DNA of 64,000 nucleotides from Batkoa obscura (taxonomy: Eukaryota): assembly GCA_030770535.1 (NCBI GenBank), contig JASVEC010000001.1, positions 992,001 through 1,056,000 of the forward strand. The letters are read 5' to 3'. Positions within the stretch are counted from its first letter, which is position 1; each line of letters begins with the position of its first letter. Both the position numbers and the translations under genes were made by a program. Positions 37,102 through 48,471 of this stretch are shown in pieces. Under the pieces are notes generated by a model, which worked only from the letters and a program-made list of their open reading frames with translations, was not told the origin of the DNA and did not search any database.

Positions 37102-37449
37102 TTAAAGAATAGCAGCACTATTTTTCTTGTTGATATTAAAATTATTACTATTAACATTCTTTTTGTGAACATTATCAGTAAACACAGCGGCTTTTTTATT
37201 ATGATCAAATTCATTTAAATTAAAGTTATCAGCCTTGGTACGGAATTGATTATTATTAATTACAGCTGGGAAACCAGAGGAGCCAAAGTTATTGAATCCA
37301 CCATATCCACCATTAAACCCACCAAGTCCATAGCCAGGATAGAAATTGTTAAAAGTGCGTCTGGTTAAGTAACTATCACTAGAAGTTGGAAGAGATGAGA
37401 TAGTACAAGTGAAAGCTAAGACAATGGCGTTTAATAAGAATTGATTCAT
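37102..37449 (-). CDS. Secreted precursor family, member G (115 aa)
   Basis: Identical to F through AAVF, different last ~25 aa. Confidence 0.9.
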   Translation of the reverse strand: MNQFLLNAIVLAFTCTISSLPTSSDSYLTRRTFNNFYPGYGLGGFNGGYGGFNNFGSSGFPAVINNNQFRTKADNFNLNEFDHNKKAAVFTDNVHKKNVNSNNFNINKKNSAAIL

Positions 37450-37527
37450 TTTTTGATAACTATTTTAAAGATTTATTCTGGTACTTATATACTTATCTAT
37501 CTTTCTTTCTTTTATCATATATAATAT

Positions 37528-37625
37528 GGAGATGTTTTTTTGGTTTCATTATTTTTTCCATTTTTTAAACGCTATTTGAGTGAAAAGATTGTTAGTAAAG
37601 TTTTTAAACACAAAAATACATCCTC
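37528..37625 (+). mobile_element. MITE family A copy (co-duplicated with 30999-31096)
   Basis: Same sequence and flanks as the 30999 copy. Confidence 0.9.
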
Positions 37626-38179
37626 ATATTATTTTTACTTGATTTAACGTTAATTTATCATTATTTGTCTATACTAAATAAAACTATACTTAGTTAAAAT
37701 AATACCATATTTATCTGACTAGTCATTGTTAATTGACAATATTTTATAATCTATGCTTTATTAATTGAATTTATAAGATACATTAAAAGTATAATGAGCT
37801 TTAATAATTTATCAGTATAGAAGTTTAAATCATTCAAAGTGTACGAAGTATATATATTATAATGTACAGAAGTAACAGATTGTTGTAAAATTCTTATTAT
37901 CAAAAATACATAGTAAAAAAACATTGTTAATAATTATTATTTTATACTTTTATTTAGATTTACTTTTGATCTCAATAAGAACAGAAATAAAAATCATCAA
38001 TTAGTGGAAGCAAATGACAAAAAAGTTAAAATATAAAACTCAGCATAAATAATCTAATTACATAAGTACTACAAAATGAGGTGCAATCGGTTTAATCTTT
38101 AAATTTTATTGTCTTTCAAAATCAGTATACATATTAACTTTTGTCTTACCATTACTGTATATTCAAACTCTAGCGTAAA

Positions 38180-38488
38180 ATCAGCGATTATGGCACATAA
38201 AACTCTTATGCTCCTCAAGCAGAATATTATGAGGCTGATGACATTTATCATGATGATACTCACAGCGAAGATGTTTATAACGTTGATTGTTATTACTATG
38301 ATAATGTAGATGCTCAAGGTGAATATGAAGAGCCCAATAATCGTTATTATAAATCGCTTAATGTACTTATTGACGAATCTAATGGAGCTGACCCAGCCCA
38401 AGGACAACAAATTGATGCTCCAACGCAAAAGTGGATCAATAAAAGAGCTAAAATGAGTGATAAAATGAGTGATTCGATCACTTTATAT
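38180..38488 (+). pseudogene. Acidic Asp/Asn/Tyr-rich family, decayed copy 2, MITE inserted at 3' end
   Basis: ISDYGT*NSYAPQAEYYEADD..YEEPNNRYYKSLNVLIDESNGAD..QQIDAPTQKWINKRAKMSDKM aligns with YEEGTNHYFVPHCEIIDESNED..QEIDAAAQKWMEKRARISNEM. Confidence 0.75.
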
Positions 38489-38587
38489 GGGAATGTATTT
38501 TTTTGTTCAAAAATTTTACTAACAATCTTTCCGCTCAAATAGCGCTTAAAAAATGGAAAAAGTAATGAAACCAAAAAAAACACCCCC
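38489..38587 (-). mobile_element. MITE family A copy
   Basis: Consensus match; paralogous loci at ~32070, ~51820 and ~53890 lack it. Confidence 0.9.
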
Positions 38588-39231
38588 ATACAGGTTAGGA
38601 GTGAAACTTACTGGGCTACCATGTTCTGTTTTATAATAAATATAGGCTAACTAAATGTATTAATCTCATTACATACTTGTTTGTTGAGTATTAATATTCA
38701 TATTAAATTAGAAATTCATTTGTATCTTGTAAAAATTATATTACTCTATCGTTAGTTGTAATTTAAGAAAAGCTGCTATAAATTCGGATTTTACTATGAC
38801 TCTTTTAAAAAGACAATCTGCTTTCCATTAATTGATTCACCTTTTTAGGAAATGTTTAGGCCTTTGAAGATGGTATGATTGATTTAAAGCCAATATCCTG
38901 GGCTGGGATTCCTACCTTATTAAACATTAAATTATACTACTCTCTATGATAAGGAACAGAAAACAATAATGTATATAACTAGTTTAGCAGTTTTAAAAAA
39001 TATGTATCAAATTAGATCAAGTTTATTATTTCTGATAGTAGACAGGTACATATAGCGTATACTAACGATCCTTAGTAACAATTAAGCGAGAAAATTACTA
39101 AATTACAAGAAACTTGAATAAAAAGTCAAACTTTTAATATTGTATAATTTATTTTGTGATATCGGGGCAAAAGTTATTAACCGGATAATAATATTAAAAG
39201 CTTTGGAAAAAATAATAAAATTTAAAAATAT

Positions 39232-39324
39232 GGGGGTGTATTTTTTTAGAATTTTACTAACAATTTTCCCGCTCAAATAGCGCTTAAAAAATGGAGAAAG
39301 TGATGAAACCAAAAAAACACCTTC
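39232..39324 (-). mobile_element. MITE family A copy
   Basis: Consensus match, ATAT flanks. Confidence 0.88.
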
Positions 39325-39779
39325 ATATGGTTTATTTTTTTGATAGAAAATGATTGGATTATTTAATATCAGTAGATCTATGCTTGAAATATAGAGTAGA
39401 GTTTTATAATACATCTATTAACTTTTTTTACGCATGTAAAACTTTAAAAGACAGTTTTTAGGAATCGCTCCATTTAAGTGTCTCATTTTTTTAACTTAAG
39501 TTATTTCTTTATACGAATATGATAACAATACAAAGCTATAATCCCAACTTCATATAAAAAAAACTTACAACAATTTAAAAAATACGAAGGACATTTAAAT
39601 GTAGCTAGTTCTAGATATTAAATAATTAGCCATTTTTTTAAAATTCTTAGTCATGCAAGAGCGGAAAATAGAATAATTAGCTAAATAAAATCTAGAACAG
39701 ATTATAAAAGGGGTTGAAGCGTGACTGTAGAAAATCTAATATAAAAAAGAAGAATAAAACATAAATATAATTTTAAAAA

Positions 39780-41715
39780 ATGTTTAGCTTAATTTCAATA
39801 TTGAATCCTATCCTTGTATTATCCTTATCCTATTATGGTTACAAAGTAGAATATTATATATATTATGAACACATTATAATTGCATCTTTAAAGGTTATAT
39901 ACAATGTATATTTTAGCCCATTGAGAAAAGTACCTGGTCCTTTAATTAATCTAATATTTCCCTTTATACATAATATTTATCTAATAAATGGTACCTTCCC
40001 AAAGTATGCTCTCGATATCCATAGTAAGTATGGAAACGTGGTAAGATTAAGTAAGTATTTATACCACGTCAGACCGTTTTGATAAATATTAAATAAAACT
40101 AGGCTGGAGTGAATTATCCTTTTCTTCAGATTCGGCATTGAAAGAGATCTACTTAACTTATGCATATACAAAGGATGAGATTTATAACATTTTTCAAATA
40201 ATAGGAGAAAGCATTTTTAGCACGAGGTAATAAAATAGACATAAAGTTAACAATTATTAACAATTTTTTAGAAATAAGGATTTTCATCGCCAAAGGGTAA
40301 TATTATGAATATTTCCTAAGATAATAAATAACAGTTAGAAAAAAATCATTGCTCCATCTTTTTCAGAAAAGGTGATTGAAAGCGTGGAATACTTGATTAA
40401 AAATAACGTATATACTTTTGTAAATAAGGTGGATACACTTGCAACTCAAGGTCAAAAATTAGATCTTGGTCTTTACTTTCATTACTTTGCTTTTGTAAGT
40501 TATTTATCAAGCAATCAGATTTATAGTAATATAGATAATAGGATGTAATTGGAGATTTAGCATTTGGAAAATCATTTAATATGCTAAGAGATGGTTACCA
40601 TCCAATAATAAAATGAGTAGATGATATATCCAAATATACCCTTTTGGTAAAATATATTCATATTTTTTAATTATAATTTACATATGTTAGGTATTTATAT
40701 TCCCGTTTTTGAAACACTATCGATTTGATAGCATCAAAAAATTATATGAGGTATTAGAATCTAAAATTATTACCGAACCTATTAAACCGTATCTAGTTTT
40801 CATACGAAGCAATAAAAGATGCTAGAAACAACCCAGATAGAACTACTATTTTAAGCACTTTTATTAAAGCAACGGATCCAGATACGGGAAATCATTTAAG
40901 TGATAAAGAGATAGCTGAAGAATCGATTTTACAAATGTAATCTTATTTCTCAATCTATCGAGTTATTTAGCTAAATCATTTAAAGTGCTGCTGGAACCGA
41001 TACTACTTCGAACTCGCTTACATGGTAATCTAATATAATATAGATGACATCATTAGAAAACTAATCAACATGATTAGGATATTTTATTTATTAACTAGTA
41101 ACCCAGAAGTATATGAAAAAGTTAAAGAAGAAATACATACGATATTCCCAGATAAGGATTCAATTACTTATACTAAATGTAAATCAGAATGCCATTATCT
41201 TAATGCCATAATTCATGAAGGTCTAAGAATCTTACCAGTAGCTGGTGGTACGGCAACAAGAATTGTTCCTAAGGGAAGGAGAGTAATTGATGGCTATTAT
41301 ATACCAGAAAAGGTAAAATCAATTACAAAAATAAATAAAATTAATAATATCTCTTAGATTATTGTTGGAGTGAGTATTAACTCTTTACATAATTTGCCTT
41401 CGTTATGGAAAAATCCAGATGTTTTTGATCCTCAAAGGTGGTTACAAGATGGGAAGTTTAAAACTAACTCCAATTTTTCACCCTTTTTAATAGGACCTAG
41501 AGCTTGTGTTGGTAGAACGTAAGCTATTATTAAGAAAGTAGCAATAATTACTTATTTTGTTTTTTAGTCTGGCTTGGATGGAGCTATACTTAGTTAGTGC
41601 AAATTTGATAAGAAACTTCACTTTCAAAAGAAATATTGAAAAGAAGATTGCTTATAAAAATTTTATTACTACCCAACCTGCTGAACCTATTGAAGTTTCT
41701 ATAATTAAAAACTAA
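39780..41715 (+). pseudogene. Cytochrome P450, copy 2, premature TGA at 40614-40616
   Basis: Same 12-exon structure and motifs; GYHPIIK-TGA where copies 1 and 3 have GYHPIVK-TGG (Trp). Confidence 0.85.
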
Positions 41716-42236
41716 AGGGGACATTTACACGAGACAACAATGAATTACAGAGAGATTATGCTATATTTGACAGCTTTCAGAAGCCAATTAAGTGTTCAAT
41801 AATAAATTCTAAAACATAAAAAACTATTTCAATTTTAACGTTATCTAAATACTATTTTAATATGTTTTTTGTTAAAATATAGTAGCTACCATATTTATTC
41901 AAACAAATTCAACATATATATATATATGTTTATATTTTGACATGTAATAAAAATAAAAAAATAAAACTAAGTAGTTATAATCTCTATTTGTTATTAATTC
42001 TAATAATATAATTTTTTTTAAATTTAATGTCAACTTTTTAAATTAATTTTTTTAAAAGTTAGGTGGCTAAAAATATAATTTCTTCTAATTTTAAATTGAG
42101 AGGAGGTCAAAAAGTTTGTGTAATTAGGCAGTTTTAATTACTAATAAGTCCAATTTCTGCATAAATCTGATGTATAAGTGTAAAAAAAATTACGCACAAA
42201 GTTTCAAAATGATTAGATTAACAGTTTTTAAGATAT

Positions 42237-42335
42237 GGGGATGTATTTTTTTGATTTCATCACTTTTTTCATTTTTCAAGCGCTATTTGAGTAAAATAGC
42301 TGTTAGTAAAATTTCTAAACAAAAAGCACATCCCC
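42237..42335 (+). mobile_element. MITE family A copy
   Basis: GGGGATGT/ACATCCCC, ATAT flanks. Confidence 0.9.
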
Positions 42336-42620
42336 ATATAGTTATTTGAATTTACCTTTTGTTAAAATAAAAACAAAATGAAAGTTTTCATAACTAAACT
42401 TTAAAATGGGATTTTTAAAAATTCTGATATAATAAAAGAAAGCATATTATATAAACATTGTAATTTGTTTATATTAATTTTAATAATTATTTATAATAAC
42501 CCAAAGTTTATAGAATTTTATAATAGAATAAAACAAATAAAGAAATATTAATAAAGTCTATTAATAGTAATAATAAATTTAATTAAACAATATATAAAAT
42601 TAGTGATTTAAAGGAAATGG

Positions 42621-43103
42621 TGTGAAAAATTGATACTCAGTGGTTGGAGTTAAAAGCTACTCTTGCTTGATTAACTTGCCTTGAGTCGAAGGGTCTTAGT
42701 TTATGTAACTAAGATAGACTTAACTTAATAGAAATAGTACGTAATAAGCTACGAATTATGTAAAACAAATATAATGGAAGATACTACCGTAAAATCTATG
42801 TAAGATGTTGTCAGAAAGACTTAGTGACTTTATTAATGATACGTTATCAGGGAGTAATTCAATTAAAAAAGCCTCGAGTTAGTATGTTGAAGAATCTCTT
42901 TTATACTCCAACTGGGTGGCTATTTATAAGGAACATGGTAACAGTTATTCTTTATTGTAGTTGCCAAGTATGGACATTAAAACGTGGGCAATAAGTTCTT
43001 CATGATCAAGTGGTAGCAATCCTCACAGCAAATCTATATAAGGGACTCTGAATTGATTATCATATTATAATCAATCCTAGAGCTAATGAAGCGATATTTC
43101 ACA
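42621..43103 (-). mobile_element. Solo-LTR-like element, copy 1 (~480 bp)
   Basis: Termini TGTGAAA..TTTCACA; TATAAAA and AATAAA on the minus strand; homologous to 43649-44112 and 44942-45270. Confidence 0.7.
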
Positions 43104-43308
43104 ATAGAAAACAAAAACCAATAAATAGCATTATTATCAGCTGTAACTTTAGTATATTTTTTTGATAAATATAAAGGTTTTGGATTTAATATAAGTAAAA
43201 ATCAATATGATTATTTAAAAATAGATAATAATAATAAACCATCAACATTATAACCTATTATTAAAAACATAAAAAAAATCAAAAATGAGCAAATTGAAAC
43301 TATTATAT

Positions 43309-43407
43309 GAGGATGTTTTTTTTAGTTTCATCACTTTTTACATCTTTTAAGCGCTATTTAAGTGGAAAAATTGTTAACAAAATTCTTAAACATAAAGATA
43401 CATCCCC
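43309..43407 (+). mobile_element. MITE family A copy
   Basis: Consensus match, ATAT flanks. Confidence 0.9.
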
Positions 43408-43565
43408 ATATAATATTTACTTAACAATTTAGATATTTTATTAAAATTTAATATAAAAGAAATAATAAAAAATAATTATTAAATAGTATATTGGGATGTA
43501 TTTTTTAAATATATATCAAACAATTTTAGAAATACAAAAAAAATAGATTTGTATAACATATATGG

Positions 43566-44112
43566 TGTGAAATATTGCTTCATTAGCTCTATGATAGATT
43601 ATAACATAGTAATCAACTCAGGGCTCCTTATATAGATTCGCTGTGAGATGTGAAATATTGCTTTATTAGCTCTAGGATTGATTATAACACAACAATCAAT
43701 TAAGTTGCTGTGTTCTTAAGTTCAAACATAATCAAGTCAGAGTCCCTTATTTCGATTTGCTGTGAGAATTCCTAACTTCATATTACAAAGAATATTATCT
43801 TCTCGCTTTGATATCCATACTTATTGGAGTATAAAAGAGATTCTTCAACATGATAACTCAATGCTTTTTAGCTGAATTACTCTTTGATATCGTACCATTA
43901 ATAAAGTCACTAAGTCTTTCTGACAACATCTTACGTAGATTTTACGGTAGTATCTTCCATTATATTTGTTTTACATAATTCGTAGCTTATTACGTACTAT
44001 TTCTATTAAGTTAAGTCTATCTTAGTTACATAAACTAAGACCCTTCGACTCAAGGCAAGTTAATCAAGCAAGAGTAGCTTTTAACTCCAACCACTGAGTA
44101 CCAATTTTCATA
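43566..44112 (+). mobile_element. Solo-LTR-like element, copy 2 (43649-44112), preceded by an ~80 bp 5' fragment (43566-43648)
   Basis: TGTGAAATATTGC start occurs twice; GAGTATAAAAGAG, AATAAAG; inverted relative to copies 1 and 3. Confidence 0.7.
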
Positions 44113-44114
44113 AC

Positions 44115-44212
44115 GCGGACATATTTTTTTGTTTGAGAATTTTACTAACAATCTTTCCACTCAAATAGCGCTCAAAAAATATAAAAAATAATGAAACCAA
44201 AAAAATATCCTT
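44115..44212 (-). mobile_element. MITE family A copy abutting the LTR-like element
   Basis: Reverse-complement consensus match. Confidence 0.8.
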
Positions 44213-44398
44213 ATATGCTTAATATACAATTTAAAAAAGATATAAAAAATTAATAAATACAGTAACAAAAAACACAAACAAAGATGAAAAAATCTCTTAA
44301 TAAAGAGAAAAAGTTATAGAAATTGTAGAAATTTTGTATTAATACTCAAAAAACATATTTAATAAAGTTATTAAAAAATTAAATAATAAAAGTTACAT

Positions 44399-44497
44399 GA
44401 GGATGTTTTTTTTGGCTTCATCGCTTTTTCCATTTTTTAAGCGCTATTTGAGTGGAAAGATTGTTAGTAAAATCCTTAAACAAAAAAATACATCCCC
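44399..44497 (+). mobile_element. MITE family A copy
   Basis: GAGGATGT..ACATCCCC. Confidence 0.9.
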
Positions 44498-44941
44498 ATA
44501 TGATAATTTTAGACTTTGAATAAAACATAAAAATGAAAACAAGACTAGATTTAATAAAATTAGATTATTATAATAAACAAACTATATTAATATTGAGATT
44601 TACTGTTTTATATTTAAAAAATAATAAAATAATAAATAAAATTTATCTTAATTATTTATTTAAAATGTTAGATTATAATTCAGCATATCCAGGAAACTGT
44701 TTAATTGATTCAATATTTAAAAAGCTTTTATTTAAAAAGTCTATAAAAATTAATATATGGAGAGATATAAAAAACTGTTTTAAATTTCAAGAGTTTTTAT
44801 ATCACATATTTAAAAAAATTCATAAACTAAATATTACTTTAAATATTAATTTTAGCTTTTTTGTTAAGCATATGATAGATTAAAAAAAAGATACAATTTT
44901 AACTAAAGTTATAAAGTTTATAAAAAATTGAAAATTAACCC

Positions 44942-45270
44942 TATGTAAAACAAATAGAATAGACAATACTACTGCAAAATCTACGTAAGATGTTGTCAGA
45001 AAGACTTAGTGACTTTATTAATGGTACGATATCAAAGAGTAATTCAGCTAAAAAGCATTGAGTTATCATGTTGAAGAATCTCTTTTATACTCCAATAAGT
45101 ATGGATATCAAAGCGAGAAGATAATATTCTTTGTAATATGAAGTTAGGAATTCTCACAGCAAATCGAAATAAGGGACTCTGACTTGATTATGTTTGAACT
45201 TGAGAACATAACAACTTAATTGATTGTTGTGTTATAATCAATCCTAGAGCTAATAAAACAATATTTCACA
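44942..45270 (-). mobile_element. Solo-LTR-like element, copy 3 (partial)
   Basis: Near-exact reverse complement of ~43649-43977; ends TTTCACA. Confidence 0.7.
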
Positions 45271-45934
45271 CCTAGGGGCTTATTTTACAAAAATAGTAAA
45301 AATAATAAAAATTTTACTTATTAAGCAAGTATTTTATTAAATAATATATATAAGTTATTAAATAGTGATATCACTTAAATTATTAATAACTAAGTTAATA
45401 ATTAATTAAAAAACAAGTAGTTGTAATAATAAGTAAAAATTATTTTTATATTGTTTATATCATATAAAGATAGTTAATTATAGTTTTAAGGCTAACCGCT
45501 CTTTCCTATGCAGTTGTTTATTAATTTAGTGATATATTAATAATGTAATTATAATATCAAAATTATTTATTTATTTGATAGCAAATCTACAATGTTAACT
45601 ATAAAGCAGTCAACAGTAAATATTCCTCAATGAAGTCTTATAAAAATATATATTTATTTATATAATACAACTTTAATTAGTATTAATATATAAGTTATAT
45701 TAGTAAAATCCTTGCTAGTCCGGGAATTTTTATTGAAGTTAATAAAAGTTTTGCTAACTTACAATATAAATTATAATAGAATAATTTAAAACTGTGTTAG
45801 GTACTTTTACTTTTTAATAAAAACTATTTTATGGAATTTTTAAGCAGTTTTTAATATAGAATATTTAAAAATTGGATAAAAAGATGAAACCAATTCGGAC
45901 ATCCCTATATAGTAATTACTATATTATGAGATGT

Positions 45935-46166
45935 TTCAAATGTTAAAGTATTTTTAATCTATCATAGCTGCTTTAAGAAAAACTTAAACAAACTGATATA
46001 AAACTGTTCAATATTAATTTTAAAAGTAACCAAAGTATAAAATGTCATAATTGAACTTTTAAACTTTGTTCACTTGTTTAAAACTATTATCAAATTTTTT
46101 TTAGCAGTTTGTTTAAATTTTTCCTGAGACAGTCATGGCGGGTTGAGAATATTGTAGTATTTAAAC
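45935..46166. repeat. Degenerate fold-back (long imperfect inverted repeat)
   Basis: ..AAGAAAAACTTAAACAAACTG.. versus ..CAGTTTGTTTAAATTTTTCCTG.. Confidence 0.45.
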
Positions 46167-48471
46167 CAAAGAATTACCAAAACACCTTCCAAAGAGAATC
46201 ATTTTCCGCTAAAAAAGCCATCTAAACTATAAAATTACGGTGTTTTATGCTAATTTTCTACTAAATTCTTACTATAATTAAAGTCGATTTGTTTTATATT
46301 TATTCATTACAAATTGAGGATATTTATATAAATGTGAACTTTATTACTAATATTTGTATTAATAATATATGCACTAACTTAAATAATGGCATGAAGAGTC
46401 ATTCCTATAATTCATATCATCTTATCAGATTGATCTCCTTTCTTATAAAGTATTTTGTTAATGAGCTCAACTTTGGATGACAATACCTTTAATGTTTAGA
46501 TGTAGATTTAATTATTTTATTTTATTTTATTAACTTATTTTATAACCCAGATAGACCATTTCTTTTAATTTTCAAGTCCATTAGACCTTTGCTATAGTGA
46601 ATAAAGTCACTTTCCAAAGTTTTGAGTAAAATGTAAACAGCATGTAGCTCTTTACCCTTACTTTCGGGTTTAACCACCAAATCACCCTCTTCATTTTCAT
46701 GTATATACTTTTTTGAAATAAAGCCACTGTTTTTACCTTTGCCGTAAGTGTGCTTAAAAAATCAGAGTGGGTTTTATAGTATAGATAAAAATAGCTATAA
46801 TGTGTCATTTTTTGGCTTTTATTCATTTTTAAGTTACAGCCCATTTTTTTAAAAATTTATATTCAATAGATTAAAAATATAACTAGTATTAATAAATATA
46901 GTTACTAATGTTTTATTAATTTAGTTAATTAAAACATTATGTTTTAAAATTCAGCCTTTTAGTTGAATTTATTTTTTATGTTAAATAATGTAAAACAATA
47001 ACATTTAATACATCTTATCGTATTTTATTTGATATATTTTTCCTAAGCTGTATCAAAATATAAATTTTATTACGAAGATTGATTATTTTCCAAATTATCG
47101 TATGTTTAATTTAAATCTTTTAAATTTTGAAAGGTCATAAAATCACAAAATTATTTATTTATGAGAGAAAAGTAGATAAAATGAAAACGGAAGAAAGAGA
47201 GTTATAAGTACAGTAGCGTAGTTTACTCATTTTAATAATGAAAAACAAACATTTCTTATTAAAATAATCCTACTTTCATTTTGTAAACAAGCCTTTGGTG
47301 TTAGAAAATTACTTCATTTAATTTTGTTTAATCTTGAAATTTGATAAACCATCATTTGATTTTCTCTCTTTGAACAGTTACTATCAGTTAAAGTTAATGT
47401 AACCCATATCCTGGTTATTGCCTCATCTCATTGCTCTATTCTACCACGCTCTGACTAGTTATTGTTTTTGAATTTTTTGACTTTATTTTAACAAAATATT
47501 ACTCTCTTCTTGCAAGAACTAAAAAATAGACATTTATAACCACATAGCTGATAAATTATCTTTGAGTAAATGATAATTAACAAATCTATAAAAAACTTAA
47601 TAAAGAATAAAGAGTATTATTTTGTTAATTTGTTTAAGATTCTAGAGTAAAAATGATTAATTGAGTGATACCACTGAAAGCTTAATAAAATTAGCGAAAA
47701 TTCACTGCAGCAATCTGTTCTACTTTCCTAAAAAAAACCTTAAAGGAGCAGACTGCCAAGCGTTTTATTCTTGAAGGTAAGGAAAGTCAAATGAGAAACT
47801 AATTGATAAAAGTTGAGCGGGTGAAGGGAGTGTGTGATAGAGTAAATGTGAAAACTAAGCTATAGCCAAATTTTTTTACAATAAAAAATGAGTTGATATT
47901 TGAGATATTACAAGAATAAAGTTTACATAAATATAAAGTTTCATATTATGCCCTTTAAGCTGTATTTTAATATAACTTTTATTTAAAATATGTGAAACAT
48001 ATTTATGCATTAAAGTATTTACCTTATTTTTTTATTTTTAAAGTAGTAATTATATTCGCTATTTTCTCTATCGTTTACTATCAATTATACAACATATTTG
48101 GGTTCCCAAGCATTTGAGTGTTTTAAAATAATACAAACTGAGAATAAAAGATAAAACTGTATTAAAATCTAAAACCATTAAAGAAAGGGTTCAAGTAGTC
48201 TTTTTTGCTAAAAAGTATACAATGTCTGTTTGTTAATTTTATTCAAAAAGGCGATGGCCATTTTAGGTCAACAGATAATATTTTTTGTATATTTAAGAAT
48301 AATAACGTAAGCTCGAAGCTGTAAATCACTCGAAAATGGAATTCATTGATAATAAAAGTAATCGCTAATTAATATATATTTAATCTGAAGTGGTTGAAAA
48401 ATCGGGTGTAAAATTAGAATTGGGGAATCAGGTATAAAAGAAAAAATAAAGCCTTGTTAATAGTTAAAAAA

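Noticed and set aside
17472..37449. Precursors as hydrophobins or classical dikaritin (ustiloxin-type) RiPP precursors
   Set aside because: No eight-Cys pattern, no perfect KR-delimited core repeats, and no DUF3328/UstYa gene in the window
17980..39414. ORFs 17980-18171, 38347-38589 and 39103-39414 sharing FKRYLSGKIVSKI
   Set aside because: The shared peptide is just the translated MITE
44533..46844. ORFs 44533, 46289 and 46581 (similarly 15385, 16232, 33004, 50591, 52747, 61582)
   Set aside because: Composition is that of AT-rich non-coding DNA, with no recognisable motifs; 52747 overlaps a TIR element
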